From Bacteriovoracaceae bacterium (GTDB lineage: Bacteria > Bdellovibrionota > Bacteriovoracia > Bacteriovoracales > Bacteriovoracaceae): a stretch of 49,958 bases of DNA. The position numbers and the translations under genes are program-made. The first letter of the stretch is position 1; each line of letters begins with the position of its first letter. Shown here one piece after another: positions 1 through 11,382 of this stretch. The stretch spans positions 1 through 49,958 of the forward strand of contig JABIHA010000104.1 of the NCBI GenBank assembly GCA_018649885.1, read 5' to 3'. The notes below the pieces were generated by a model. It saw nothing but the letters and a program-made list of their open reading frames with translations, searched no databases and had not been told where the DNA came from.

Positions 1-503
1 GCCAATTGTGTTCAAATTGTAATAGCAGAGCTGCCATCAAGTTGCTAACTCAGCAGAAGATGGATTTATACATCAATAAGAGCTAGAAAAAAGTAATAGC
101 CACTTCAATTTTATCTTCTGCCTGCTAACGATGGTTAAGCTGCGCCCAGATATTGCTCCACTGAATCGGCAAAGTTCATGAAAATTCAAACAACCACCAG
201 GTCATGATAATCCTTTTCCATACCAGCAATTACCACAAAACCCAGCCCCCAGCTAGAGCGAGCTGATCAATACAAAACTACGCCGTTTAAAAATCTACGC
301 CTTGATAAAAGGCGCTCTCCAACCCCCACAGGCCCACGAAGCTATCCAGCGCCGTGAACAATCCCCCCCCCAGATTCCACCAACTAAATCTATTCTGATT
401 ACCTTGCCTAGGTCGGTAAATTATATTTTTTTTAACTTAAATGACAAAAATCCCAGTGGTAAATGTTTGAATAGTGTCACCAAAAAATCTTCTGGTTCCT
501 GCT

Positions 504-2240
504 TCAGAATTCTTCGGCGAAGATTTTTTCGGTGATTTTCCAAAACTTGCCCTGTTTTCTAGCTATGATAAATGAGGGCATTCTGAGGAGTCTTTGGTAA
601 TGGATAACTTCGTCTACACATTTAATTGTGAGGTCGAGTTCTGGCTTTCTCATGTGTGATCTTAAGAAATTGATATTGAATTTTTTAAGACTGGTTTGAT
701 TATTTAGATAGTGGTTTTCAGCAAGAAATTGAGAGTCATAGTCGTAGTATTTTATTGATAAATAGGGATTTCCATTTTTATCAAACCTCTCTTCCATTTT
801 GATGGTATCTGGTTTCAATATATGGGCATTTTTTGAAAGCTTGGCCTGTTTGAGCTTAGAGTCAGCATCAATTAGGACATGGCCACAATCTCTACACTCG
901 CGAGCGGTAATATCATTTTCACAAGAACATTTATCACAAACTTTATAGCGAAAGCGGTATCCACATGGCTCGATTTCGTAAGTATCTGGGTCTTGTGTGC
1001 CCCCACGACACTTTCTTCCAAAATGCTCTATGACATCTCCATCAGGTGTCATATATCCCCAAAAATCATTTTCAAACCCACACTTTGGGCAACACACTAG
1101 AACGGGTACAGAATCGGAAACTGGTTTTTTATCACTTACCTCAGGACTATAAATATCATGTCCCATTCCGGTGTAATCTAGTACAAAGCAATCTTTTTTA
1201 GAGACGTCGATCCTAAGTCCGCGCCCAATAATTTGTTGATACAAACTGACAGATTCAGTGGGCCTTAAAATGGCGATTACATCCACATGAGGAGCATCAA
1301 AGCCTGTGGTCAGTACTGACACATTCACAAGATATTTAAATTTCTTTTCTTTAAACTCAGAGATTATATGATCTCTTTCACTATCTTCAGTGTCCCCGAG
1401 AACAATTCGCGCCTGGCCTTCTGGGAGACAATCTAGTATTTCGCGAGCGTGTTTTACAGTGCTACTAAAAATCATTACACCCTGACGGTGGTAGCTTTCA
1501 GTGATATCAATAATATTTTTTATAATGAGAGGGGTCAGCCTTCTTTGCTGCTTTAATAGTTCTTCAATCTGGGAGATGGTGTACATTTTACCAGATTGGG
1601 TTAACTCAGAAAAGTCGTAACAGGTAACAGGTATGTCCACTTTAACAGGAGGAGTAAGAAATTTGTTTCTGATCATATATTCTAGTGAAAGCTCAAACAC
1701 GCATCGTTTAAAAAAACGACTCTCTCTGGTCCTTGTAGCACCTTCTTGACTATAATTGTATATCCACCCAAGTCCCAGACGATAAGGAGTTGCCGTTAGT
1801 CCAAGAATACAAATACTCTTATTCCTTTCTTTAAGCTTTTTAATCACGACCCCGTATTGTGAATCGGCCTCTAAACTGACTCGGTGACATTCATCAATAA
1901 CAAGCAGAGAAAATTCATCAAAAAAACTACTATCTGCCCTGGCAACAGACTGAATACTTCCGAAAATAACTTTTTGTCCGGACTCTTTTTTTCCAAGGCC
2001 TGCGGAGTATATTCCAGCATCCAAAAGGTAGCTTTGGTATTTTTTATGATTTTGTTCCACTAACTCTTTTACGTGGGCCAGTACTAAGACTCGACCCTTG
2101 GCGATCCTGGCCATCTCGGCGATGACTAAGCTTTTTCCGGCACCTGTAGGAAGGACGATTACTGCTGGATCGCGTTTGCATTTGAAATATTTCACTGTCT
2201 TATCAACTGCAACTTGTTGATAATCTCGAAGTTTATACAT
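504..2240 (-). CDS. radD: Superfamily 2 DNA repair helicase RadD (YejH)
   Basis: LRDYQ Q-motif, Walker [13 protein letters not shown] box, [23 protein letters not shown], and C-terminal CxxC zinc motifs (CPKC, CDKC, CRDC). Confidence 0.92.
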   Translation of the reverse strand: MYKLRDYQQVAVDKTVKYFKCKRDPAVIVLPTGAGKSLVIAEMARIAKGRVLVLAHVKELVEQNHKKYQSYLLDAGIYSAGLGKKESGQKVIFGSIQSVARADSSFFDEFSLLVIDECHRVSLEADSQYGVVIKKLKERNKSICILGLTATPYRLGLGWIYNYSQEGATRTRESRFFKRCVFELSLEYMIRNKFLTPPVKVDIPVTCYDFSELTQSGKMYTISQIEELLKQQRRLTPLIIKNIIDITESYHRQGVMIFSSTVKHAREILDCLPEGQARIVLGDTEDSERDHIISEFKEKKFKYLVNVSVLTTGFDAPHVDVIAILRPTESVSLYQQIIGRGLRIDVSKKDCFVLDYTGMGHDIYSPEVSDKKPVSDSVPVLVCCPKCGFENDFWGYMTPDGDVIEHFGRKCRGGTQDPDTYEIEPCGYRFRYKVCDKCSCENDITARECRDCGHVLIDADSKLKQAKLSKNAHILKPDTIKMEERFDKNGNPYLSIKYYDYDSQFLAENHYLNNQTSLKKFNINFLRSHMRKPELDLTIKCVDEVIHYQRLLRMPSFIIARKQGKFWKITEKIFAEEF

Positions 2241-2411
2241 AGACAGGTAATATATAAGCTAGTGAGATAGTTGTCATTAGCCTAGTGCGACGGTTTCAAC
2301 TAATGCTCTCAAAAAAGAGTATAATATTCATGGGATGTTCACATTTTCGACAGCAAATTGTCCGGGAAACTACTTTCCAAAATTTCTCCCCCATTAATAC
2401 TCCCAATGCTC

Positions 2412-2425
2412 CTTACAATTGTAAG
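2412..2425. promoter_or_regulatory. Perfect 14-bp palindrome, possible operator
   Basis: CTTACAATTGTAAG just upstream of the AAGGAG RBS of the 2448 gene. Confidence 0.3.
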
Positions 2426-2447
2426 AACTTATAAATAAGGAGATTAT

Positions 2448-2822
2448 ATGAAATACACCCTACTTGGCCTTTTATTCCTAAGCTCTCTTGCTACGGCAGG
2501 CACCTTAGAAAGAACATTTACACTAGATGAAGTTGGAAACTACGAAGCAGATTCCAAAGAGTTTTACATTGAAAGCACTGACAAAAAAGATGTCATCCAA
2601 ATATATTGTATTGATGAAGAAAATGCCGTCTTCATTTTTCCTATGTTTGGTGGAGATGACTCTGTCCCCCATGAGCCACTCAGCTCAGAGAGCTTTACTC
2701 TTGAAAAGTGTAATCAAACATACAAACTCTTGAAAACCACAAAAAAAGAAAATATATCATTTAAAGTAAGTATTGATGTTGATGCTATGGAATTAACATC
2801 TTTTGAAGTGATTATTAAGTAA
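2448..2822 (+). CDS. Small secreted hypothetical protein
   Basis: AAGGAG RBS, ATG, signal peptide MKYTLLGLLFLSSLATA, two Cys. Confidence 0.8.
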   Translation: MKYTLLGLLFLSSLATAGTLERTFTLDEVGNYEADSKEFYIESTDKKDVIQIYCIDEENAVFIFPMFGGDDSVPHEPLSSESFTLEKCNQTYKLLKTTKKENISFKVSIDVDAMELTSFEVIIK

Positions 2823-2845
2823 GATCAGAGCACATACAAGATTAC

Positions 2846-2884
2846 AATGGGCAGAGTTAATGCACAATGACCCTGCCCATTTTC
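2846..2884. terminator. Probable (bidirectional) intrinsic terminator
   Basis: AATGGGCAGAGTTA...TGACCCTGCCCATT stem followed by T run, between convergent genes. Confidence 0.65.
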
Positions 2885-2902
2885 AATCTTATACAGTACT
2901 TT

Positions 2903-5155
2903 CTATAAACTTTCTTTTGTTACACTTTCCCAGACCCATTCATTTATGTAGTCTTTTTGAATCTGAGCAATTTCTAGCATCACTTTGTGGTAGGCCAGAT
3001 TGTTTTCTACTGTTTTCCATTTAAAATATAGTGAGTCCATGAACTTATCAACGAGAGCTTGGCCTTGAGCATATTCAGCCTTTTTGAGACCGCTATCAAT
3101 TAGTGATATCAAATACTGCCCCTTTCCTTTTTCAAAGAAATCCTTTCGGGCTTTCTGAATTTCACCGTGATAGGCTTCAAATACTTTAGTCATACGCACA
3201 TTTTCATTGGTGTAGGCTTTTGTTCCAAATTCATAAGAACGTCTCATCATATCTTGCTCAGAGAGTTACTCTAATAAAAAGACCTCACTATCCCAGTCAA
3301 TTCCATTCCCTCTAGTATCATCTTGTGGATATGGTGAAAGAACAAAGCTAGGCGCCACAAGGCTAGGTGTATCTGGAAGCTGAGTTGTCGCTTCATATGT
3401 AGCGACAGCAGCACCTGTGCTCATCATAAAAGCGAAACCTATTCCGCTTCCAATAGAGTAACTTGCAAATAGTCCATATCCACCATAGACATAGGCCCCA
3501 ACACCGCCTGTTAAAAGGCCTAGAACTGCTGCGCCTCCCATAATTTTAATATTGTCAGGGTTTATAAGTTGCCTCACGCCAATATCTATATAGGCTGGCC
3601 CTTTAAATTCAAGGTATTGTTGCTGAAGAGTTTCTGTGTTTCTTGATAAGAAAGAAGAAGATCACTATATAGCTCATCAGCACAAACATTCTTTGGTTTT
3701 AAAACATGCTCATCCATATATCCGTAATACGATACAGGATACTGCTCAATAATTTTATCTTCTCTTGGATTCGGAAATTTAAAAGGTTTAGGAATGGGAT
3801 CATTACCATAACCAGCTATTGCCCACTGTGATGCTTCCGAGAATTCTAATTCTGTACTTACACTACATTTATCTAGGGCATCACTTAATTCAGATTTTTG
3901 GTCAATGCCACTTTCAATTTCTGCGATAACACTCCAAAGCTCAGTAGAGCAGTCACTTAAATTAAAGGAAAAGGCTCCATGGCCTCCACCTTTTACTGTA
4001 ACAAAGTATTTGTCAGCATATGACTGACCATCGAAATGGTATCTTCCCATATTCAAAGGAGTTTGAAAGTCCTTATCTCCGTGAAAATAAACAATAGGGG
4101 TTTTAAGTGGAAACATTGCTGAATCAAATGGTCTTCTGTCATTTACATCCCAACAAATATCCATTCCATCTGTAAAAATCTGATTATTATATAAATATGT
4201 ATGAGTCATCTCATGCCAAATTTCACCACAAGCAACTTGGTGATAGAGCTCGCCTCCGTTTTCAGTTCCTAGTGCGGATAAACTTACTTTCATCACTTCT
4301 TTGATATTTGCAGTGAAAACAGGAAGAGTATTTTTGACTTTTTGAGGTGTAGCCAAAAAGTTCAAAAGACAGATGGCAATATCTGAATTAGTGCAATCGG
4401 TCCACGACTTCAAAAAAGAAGCTGTTAGACCATCGGGTATTTTTCCTGCTGACTTCAGAAGCATTACACTATCGCTACTTTCTTCAATATCGACTCCATA
4501 TTCATCAAGGTGGCTCAAAGTTTCAACAACTTTTGGTGAAAGCTGAGACTTTACTTCCTCCCACCTTTTTCTCATGGGATCTCTAAAATCCTCATCATTA
4601 TAGTAGGAGCGCCCCATAATGCCCTCTAAAACCACTGCTCTAGGATCCATGGCCTCTTGGTCATGCTCAAGTTGGTACGCCACATGAGTTCCTAAAATGG
4701 TTCCGTAACTGGCGCCATAAATAATATATTGGCCTAGGCCATAGTGCTTAACCGCACTGACAATATCATTTGAAAATACGATGGAGCTAAAATTGCTTTT
4801 TGCTAGAGTTGATCCGTCTTCAGTTTCATTGCAACCAGTTCCCCTTGGATCAGTTTTTAAATAAGTAAAAGGGGATCTTTTGTGGCCAAGTTTAGTTGTA
4901 TCTTCAATTGAAGTCTGCCCAGGTCCACCTGGAATAAAAACGACTGTAGGTAAAATCTGGATTTGTGCCAGGGATTACCTGATAGCGATACTCATAGTCA
5001 TCAGCTCCATTTATTCCAGCAACATCCACTGAATAAACCGTATCTGAGTAGCAATGTGCAGGAAGATCAGCGTGAGCATCTAGTGATAAAAAAGAGAACA
5101 AACCTATTAATACAAATATGCCTGATAAAGGCACGGCCTTCTTACTATAATTCAT
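2903..5155 (-). pseudogene. Disrupted secreted alpha/beta hydrolase (prolyl aminopeptidase S33-like) with C-terminal hydrophobic hairpin
   Basis: Four listed ORFs join into one protein. Signal peptide at 5155; frameshift at T4 run 4952-4955 into LPTVVFIPGGPG, DPRGTG, GASYG (4702-4716), FHGDKD, GGGHG; second frameshift near 3631-3645; in-frame TAA at 3266-3268. Confidence 0.85.
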
Positions 5156-5279
5156 AAATCACACACTCCTGTTCTAGAAGTCTCACATTACCTTGAGCAT
5201 GGATTGGCATCAAGTAAACGGGGCTAAGTCGAAATTCTTACAAGGTAATTGAAATTTATACAAGATAATAGAGCGGAAA

Positions 5280-6315
5280 TTACTCAAGCTGGCGGAAGTG
5301 TCGCAAAAAAAGTTGGTTTTTCCTGCCATTTCGATACATTTTAGTAGAGATCAGCTCTAGCTCACCTCCCTGAATGATAAAATTAGCGGCTCCCCTAAAA
5401 TTGCACTTACCACTACATTTGAAATTTTTCTTGAGAATAAAATTTGTTTCAAAATTATCTGGATTTACGGAATAAAGGGTTAATTGATTTTTTCCATTCA
5501 AAAAAGGTGGTATTAGGCCCTTATTATATGTTTCGGCCAAAAAGATTTTTCCATCACATTGCTGAAGTAAGCTTATATTGGCCCCTCTGAATATGGTGGT
5601 CTTAATTTGCTTATGAAAATCGAAGCCACTGAGAAACTCATCTGTTTTGGATCGGTATAAACTGACGCTTTCAGTGTCAAAGGCAACAAGAAGAAATTTC
5701 TTAAGGCTTTCCAAGTAAACGATATCTACAGCGCCTGTTTTAGAGTGATTAATTACAATCTCTTGCTTTAATAATTTGGGGTTAAAGATATTTTCCATAT
5801 CGTAAAATAATATCTTTGACTGTAGAGGAGGTTTTAATCTTTCAAGGGGAACCAATACAATTTTTTGATAACTTCTCATCCCACCTGCATGCCAAAGTGT
5901 GGGGAATCCGGGAAGAACTACTCGGGAGTGAAACTCTTGATGATCTTTCAAATGTTTGGAAGAAATAAATAATTCTCCCTTTTCTGTGTTTTCATTACCT
6001 CCACTTAGAATGTAGGCATCTTCACTTTCAAAATAGATGATCCCTTGAAAATGGTTATTGTAGCCAAGACCATTTTTGGGTGCATGTGTATATTCTTTTC
6101 CATTAAAAATCAAAGTCGTATCAAGAGAGTGACTCTCCCCAACATTGCCAATTTGATTAACTGATTTCTCTATATTTTCAAGGCAGTTTCGCTGAAACCA
6201 ATCTTCAGCATCTGAAGCCGCAAAAGATTGGGTTGAAATTATAAGAAAATGAAATAAAAAAGATATAATGGATTTTCTCCTTCAGTATAGTTTCAATTTT
6301 TTAAAATACGCTCAT
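5280..6315 (-). pseudogene. Secreted beta-rich hypothetical protein with damaged 5' end
   Basis: Frame is open 56 codons upstream of the called TTG (6113) and contains a signal-like RRKSIISFLFHFLIISTQSFA, bounded by TGA at 6282-6284. The nearest ATG (6315) is out of frame. An ATT start at 6269 with AAGGAG is an alternative. Confidence 0.55.
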
Positions 6316-6326
6316 CACTCCCTATA

Positions 6327-6354
6327 TTGTCGGACCTTCTAGTGACTCAATTAA
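6327..6354 (-). promoter_or_regulatory. Putative sigma-28 (FliA)-like promoter
   Basis: TTAAT-N15-TCCGACAA upstream of GGGAG and ATG at 6315. Confidence 0.35.
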
Positions 6355-6465
6355 ATATTAGATCAATTCAAGATACGTGCCCAAGTTAAAATATGTAATA
6401 ATATGATTTTTATTTAGCTGCAATAAAATGTCCCTTCAGTGCCACAGCAAAAAAATGAAATAGTT

Positions 6466-6496
6466 CAGCCGAACAGAAACTTCCTCGGTTCGGCTG
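6466..6496. other. GC-rich inverted repeat in divergent intergenic region
   Basis: CAGCCGAAC-N13-GTTCGGCTG, 9-bp perfect arms. Confidence 0.5.
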
Positions 6497-6613
6497 CGTG
6501 TACTTAGCATTGGGGAAAACCAACTAAATTTCTTAAGATATCAGACGAAGTTGTTGAACACAACGTGTGCAATATTAAATATTTTACATCGACATTTAAA
6601 GAGGAGAACACTG

Positions 6614-7031
6614 TTGAAGAAATTGCTACTAATTACCCTACTCACGCTGTCGGCTATAGCCTATGGATCGACGAGCGCTTACAAATGCGTGGAAGCAGGT
6701 TTTTTTAAGTACGATGCCTGCCAAGAAAAGTGTGGAGGTAGTCAATACCCTTAATAAGTGCTCACTTAGCTGTAGCTATTCTATTCAAGGAGACATGGGT
6801 AACTGCTACGCTGAGTACCCTGAAAAGGAAGTTAAGATTGATAAAATGATTGCGTGGTGGAATCCTCTAGATAGAAAAATCACATGTTTAAATTGTGCAG
6901 GCGAAAGCACTGTTAAAGGTTGTGTTTGCCCTGCAAAATGCGGTTTTGCCACTGTTTGTGGTGGAAGAGAAGGCAAACTCCCCAGTGATCCAGAAGGGCC
7001 AAAAGATCCAGAAACTCCAAGTGGTGACTAA
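6614..7031 (+). pseudogene. Frameshifted small Cys-rich secreted protein
   Basis: GAGGAG RBS, TTG, signal peptide MKKLLLITLLTLSAIAYG. Removing one C from CCC 6748-6750 joins CQEKCGGSQY to LNKCSLSC...CVCPAKC and a Pro-rich tail. Confidence 0.75.
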
Positions 7032-7105
7032 TTTCTTCTATATTAAAAGTATGAACCATATTTTAGATCAAAAGCTGATCAGGACAGCTTTGGCCTTCAA
7101 GTAAA

Positions 7106-7855
7106 CTATTGATTGTCTTTTTGTTTTTTGTAACGAATATTCCCATTTAAGTCAAAAATGGCATTATTTAAGAAGCCTAAAACATACTGACTGCCAAGCT
7201 TAACGATTTGAAGTGAGGCAATATTTAAAGGGTGTACCGCGCGCATTTCGGCGTCTACTATACCTTCTAAAATACGAACACTGTCGCCATCATAAGTATA
7301 CCTTGGAAGCATTATATGAGGATTCTCAGGCACCTGATAAAAGGGAGGGTGCTCTAAACCTAAAAGATGTCCAAACTCGTGAGATGAAGTAGATACTCCA
7401 GAGGCCACCTGAGCTTTGATATAAAAGCCAGCATTGCCTCCGATTTCGTGGACATATGAATAAAGGGTTGTATCCATGGGTAGCGGCTCCTCATCATCAT
7501 AAGGATCAGCTTGTGAGGGAGCAGAGTTTTCAATACGAATAAAATTGATCCGGGGATCTCTGTTCCCCTTAGCGAGTTCAAAACTCTGCTCTTCGCTTAG
7601 ATACTCAGAAGTAATTTCAAATCTTACTTCAAAAGACTGTCCTTCAAAAACTATTTGAGCTGAAGGAGTACTCCAAAGTGTTTGGATATCACTTGAAATC
7701 TTTGTGCAAAGCTCGCTTGAGGCCTCAGTCCCAAAACAAACGATGTGGGATTTAATAATTAAGAAATCTTCAGATCTATTCAATTCTACAAGCGCTGATG
7801 AATAGGATTGATTGCAAACTATTGAAAATAGAATTAAAAGGAGCCATTTGTTCAT
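7106..7855 (-). CDS. Secreted metzincin-type zinc metallopeptidase
   Basis: Signal peptide; HEFGHLLGLEH (HExxHxxGxxH) followed by Met-turn HIMLP. Confidence 0.85.
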   Translation of the reverse strand: MNKWLLLILFSIVCNQSYSSALVELNRSEDFLIIKSHIVCFGTEASSELCTKISSDIQTLWSTPSAQIVFEGQSFEVRFEITSEYLSEEQSFELAKGNRDPRINFIRIENSAPSQADPYDDEEPLPMDTTLYSYVHEIGGNAGFYIKAQVASGVSTSSHEFGHLLGLEHPPFYQVPENPHIMLPRYTYDGDSVRILEGIVDAEMRAVHPLNIASLQIVKLGSQYVLGFLNNAIFDLNGNIRYKKQKDNQ

Positions 7856-8046
7856 GGCCGTTTCTAACCTAATTTTGAATCTTTCTCTATAGGCCAGGTC
7901 CTTTTTTACACAGTGTAGGCACTTTGAGATTTACTAGTTCAGAGAGTTCCAAAAAAATAAACTTAAATATAAAAATTGCACTTATCCAACATAGATTTTA
8001 CTTTTCGTATAAACTCTGGCCCACAGCACATTTAGGGGGTCGTTTC

Positions 8047-10581
8047 ATGAAGCATCGTAATAGAATGCATATCTATTTTGTATTAGTATTACTTTTAAGT
8101 ATCACTAGTGCATTTTCACAGTCACTGAAAATTCTTCAGCACACGGCAATTGATCAGATTGTTAAATTGCATACAAAAAGCCCAAAAGTTTTTTTGGGTA
8201 TAGATGATTCAAAAGGATTTGTGAAAACAGACCTACCTTTTCGCCTAGATCTTATAATGGCAGACCTTATCGACCAACTCTACATCGTAATGAATGACAA
8301 AAAGCTTGTGGAAGAGCAAAGTTTTGTTGCCAGCATATTAAAAGACAAACCTTTAGAAAACTTCCCAGTACTCTTAAAAATACTGGTAAAGAACGAAGAA
8401 GATAAAATTAAAGCGCTTGTACCCCAATTAGAAAAGAAATGGATAGTCCAAGAATATAACCTCTATGGAAATGCAAGTCTCTATCAAGTGCAATTTATTA
8501 GAAAACAAAGATTCATTAAAATTAATAGAAATAAGCTAGTCACAAAATATAACGCCATTGGGTCCGACTCAGAAAGTACTCATATACTACGATATATGAG
8601 AGGAAAAATAATGGGACTATCTCCTATTAAAAGACTTACTGTAACAAAAATGAATAATGTAAAGAAAAAGGAGCTAAAAACCTATCGCTCTTTATATTAC
8701 GCAAAATTTCTTGGAGACTTAAAGAAAACTGGAGAAGAATATTCTAAAAAATTCTACAAAGACCTCAAATTAAAAGTAAAATTCATTGAAAAACCTGACT
8801 CTATAGTCGCACACAAAATTAAAGACGACAAGAGTGATGATAAGATCATTAAGCAATCTGTTATTCCTCTTTACAATGCTATTCACAGCTCACCTTTTAA
8901 ACTCGATTTGGTTCGATTTCTTGTCAAGGAATTGATGACCTCTCACAAGACTGTTCCAATCCCTAATGATGGCGACAGGTTTTACATAACCGATATTTTT
9001 GTCTTAAAACATTTGGATCTTATTAGTGAATATATTAAAGAGTATACTTACAGAACTCTTTTACTGGGGATGGAAAATGATCAAGTCATTCTCAAGTTAA
9101 GAAGATGGGCAAAGAAAAATAGTGCCCTTATTGAAACGAAGCTTAGTGAATTTAATGATAAGAAAGATGCCAAAGACCAAATTGCTTTAAGCTTTGAAGT
9201 TGGTAGAACTCCTAAGCGTTATCAAATAATCCAAGACTTCTCTAAATTAGAGATATTATTTCCTGATGCCCCTTGGATGGAAAAGTTTAAAGAGACTGTG
9301 CTTGGAAGACGCGGCCATCCCATTATTTTGGGAAAAGACGGATTCTCAAGATTTATGTACCAAGTATCGAAAGTTGTATTAAAGATTGTTGCTCCTGAAA
9401 ACCTAGCGGGAACTGCTGCCGGAATACTCGTTACTCTGGCCTCTGGAAATGTCATGGTGGGATCAATTGCCAATGTACTGGTAAAAGATTCCCTTCATAC
9501 ACTTATTCACAACAAAAAATTCACAGAAGGTTTTAAAGAAACTCCGTGGGATGTGGCCAAATCAGTTGTCTCATATGCTCCATGGCTTCCAGGACATTAT
9601 TTAAAGATATTTTCAGTGGGAGTCTTTGAAGGAACACTTCAAGGAATTCTGACAGGACAAAATATATTGGCCGGGGGTTTTGTAGGGGGAACTTTTGAAG
9701 TAGCAGAAGCACTACTACCTATGGCCATTGGGAAGCCAACTATCAAGTTTGATATTGAAAACCCTGCCACAGAAGATATTTTGGCCAATATAGCACTAGA
9801 AGTTGGTCACAACGCTATAAAAAAAGGTCTTCAAGGTGGAACTGTAGCCCTCATAACCAATCAACATGTGGCCTCCGGATTCGCTAAAGGAGCTGCCTAC
9901 GGTGCTGGTGAAGCGGCCCTTAAGATCACTTTGTTTGGAGTAAGAGTGAATTTAACTGATCACTATAGCGAAACTGAAATTCAAGATATGCTTGATCTTG
10001 AAAGTGATTTCCAGAATTACTATGGGGTTGGTGAATGGGATCTAAAGGTAACTCAAATTATGGATACCGATTGGAGATATCAGGCAAACGACTGGGTTGG
10101 AAATGTACTTAAACTCAACGGTGGTAGGTCTTTTACAGGCCCAGGTTTCATAGCAATAGATGTTACAGATTTTAATTTACTAATTTTATCACATGAAGCC
10201 TCTCACCTTGGCTCACAAGATTTCTTTGGGCTCTATGGATTTTACTATAACTGGGTAACAATGGCGCTTAAAACAGGTACAAATGCCAGTGAGGGTAATA
10301 TTTATGAAAATTACATGTATCAAAATCTGGATGGGATTTGGACACGGCTTAATGATCCAAGCTATGCTCTACTTGAGCTAGTTATTCATACCGGTCTAGA
10401 GAAGTTAATCCCCGCCTATATACTACTTAATTTGTATAAGAACTATCAAGACTCAGAGAACTTCTCGCAGAGTCTTGAATTTGATGAATTTGTCGACAAG
10501 ATACAAAATAGTGAGAGTTACCAAATGATGGTGAGTATTCAATCGACTCCGTTATTTAAAGAATACAACGTAGCTCTTTAA
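8047..10581 (+). CDS. Large secreted protein with Gly/Ala-rich hydrophobic region and C-terminal HExxH zincin-like domain
   Basis: GGGGG RBS before ATG 8047, signal peptide ending SAFS; hydrophobic helices about 9400-9930; SHEASHLGSQ at about 10189-10218 followed by FYY...NIYE. Confidence 0.75.
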   Translation: MKHRNRMHIYFVLVLLLSITSAFSQSLKILQHTAIDQIVKLHTKSPKVFLGIDDSKGFVKTDLPFRLDLIMADLIDQLYIVMNDKKLVEEQSFVASILKDKPLENFPVLLKILVKNEEDKIKALVPQLEKKWIVQEYNLYGNASLYQVQFIRKQRFIKINRNKLVTKYNAIGSDSESTHILRYMRGKIMGLSPIKRLTVTKMNNVKKKELKTYRSLYYAKFLGDLKKTGEEYSKKFYKDLKLKVKFIEKPDSIVAHKIKDDKSDDKIIKQSVIPLYNAIHSSPFKLDLVRFLVKELMTSHKTVPIPNDGDRFYITDIFVLKHLDLISEYIKEYTYRTLLLGMENDQVILKLRRWAKKNSALIETKLSEFNDKKDAKDQIALSFEVGRTPKRYQIIQDFSKLEILFPDAPWMEKFKETVLGRRGHPIILGKDGFSRFMYQVSKVVLKIVAPENLAGTAAGILVTLASGNVMVGSIANVLVKDSLHTLIHNKKFTEGFKETPWDVAKSVVSYAPWLPGHYLKIFSVGVFEGTLQGILTGQNILAGGFVGGTFEVAEALLPMAIGKPTIKFDIENPATEDILANIALEVGHNAIKKGLQGGTVALITNQHVASGFAKGAAYGAGEAALKITLFGVRVNLTDHYSETEIQDMLDLESDFQNYYGVGEWDLKVTQIMDTDWRYQANDWVGNVLKLNGGRSFTGPGFIAIDVTDFNLLILSHEASHLGSQDFFGLYGFYYNWVTMALKTGTNASEGNIYENYMYQNLDGIWTRLNDPSYALLELVIHTGLEKLIPAYILLNLYKNYQDSENFSQSLEFDEFVDKIQNSESYQMMVSIQSTPLFKEYNVAL

Positions 10582-10595
10582 AATAAATAAGTTTA

Positions 10596-11187
10596 CTACC
10601 AAAGTATGGCCTCAATACCTGCAGTACTGATGTGTGAGGTTTCAACAGAACCGTTATCATAAATTTCAGTCTTACTACAAGATCTTGCGCTGATCTGACA
10701 AATATAAGCTCTTTTTACATATCTGCCGCCAATATATGTTTCTTCTGGAAATTCCTTTGCGTATTTATCAGCTAAAAATGGTGCATTGTAGGTTAGCTCT
10801 TCTGCGATAGTCCTGAGTCCATCACCTGAAGCCGAAAATGTTTCAGACTTTGAATATGAATCCCAGCTACAAGCAGTTGAGTCAACAGCAATTTTAACAG
10901 AAATAGTACATTCAAATTCTGCATCTATAATCGCAGGACCTGTTGGCTCTATTGCTGGTTGTTAGACGTAAACTTCTTGTATGACTTCGTTGGTAATAGG
11001 AGCTTGATTTACTTCAACAACAACTGTTGTGTTCTTCTTACTCTTTTTCTTGAACACAGGTCCAATCCTAAACTTGGCACATCTATGTTTTTTAGTCCAT
11101 CTAAAGCAAACCTTTCCCTTCGAATAGGCTGGGCCAGAAAAACCAATGCTAAATAAAAGTACGATTTAATGATTTGAATACTTTCTA
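10596..11187 (-). pseudogene. Unannotated disrupted secreted protein (~195 aa)
   Basis: Minus frame reads KVFKSL/IVLLFSIGFSGPAYS-KGKVCFRWTKKHRC...VY*QPAIEP...CQISARSC...IEAILW. TAG at the expected start position (11185-11187), frameshift near 11165-11167, in-frame TAA at 10962-10964. Confidence 0.75.
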
Positions 11188-11208
11188 AGACCTCAGCTCC
11201 AATACTAA

Positions 11209-11382
11209 TTTAGTGTAGGTTTTCGTAAATCAGCTTACGCGAAAGGTGCAGACAGAGCGTGTATCAATTTTAAAAAGGCCAAATTAAAAAATATCAAAAG
11301 ATGCCCTGTGGGCTTTAAGAAAAACAAAGGCCTCAATTTAGGCTCAGACAAGAGACCCAAATACTATTGCGTTACACTTTGA
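11209..11382 (+). pseudogene. Start-less 3' fragment of a Cys/Lys-rich protein gene
   Basis: 57 open codons FSVGFRKSAYAKGADRAC...RCPVGFKKNKGLNLGSDKRPKYYCVTL with internal xVGF(R/K)K...C repeat; no start codon at its 5' end. Confidence 0.45.

Noticed and set aside
1..503. C-rich stretch with short frames, including the 302-535 ORF and a C run near 363
   Set aside because: No recognisable protein, RNA or repeat; possibly decayed sequence but cannot be supported.
3266..10964. Stop-codon reassignment to explain in-frame TAA/TGA codons
   Set aside because: TAA and TGA end conserved genes normally (tag, radD), and the same genes also carry frameshifts.
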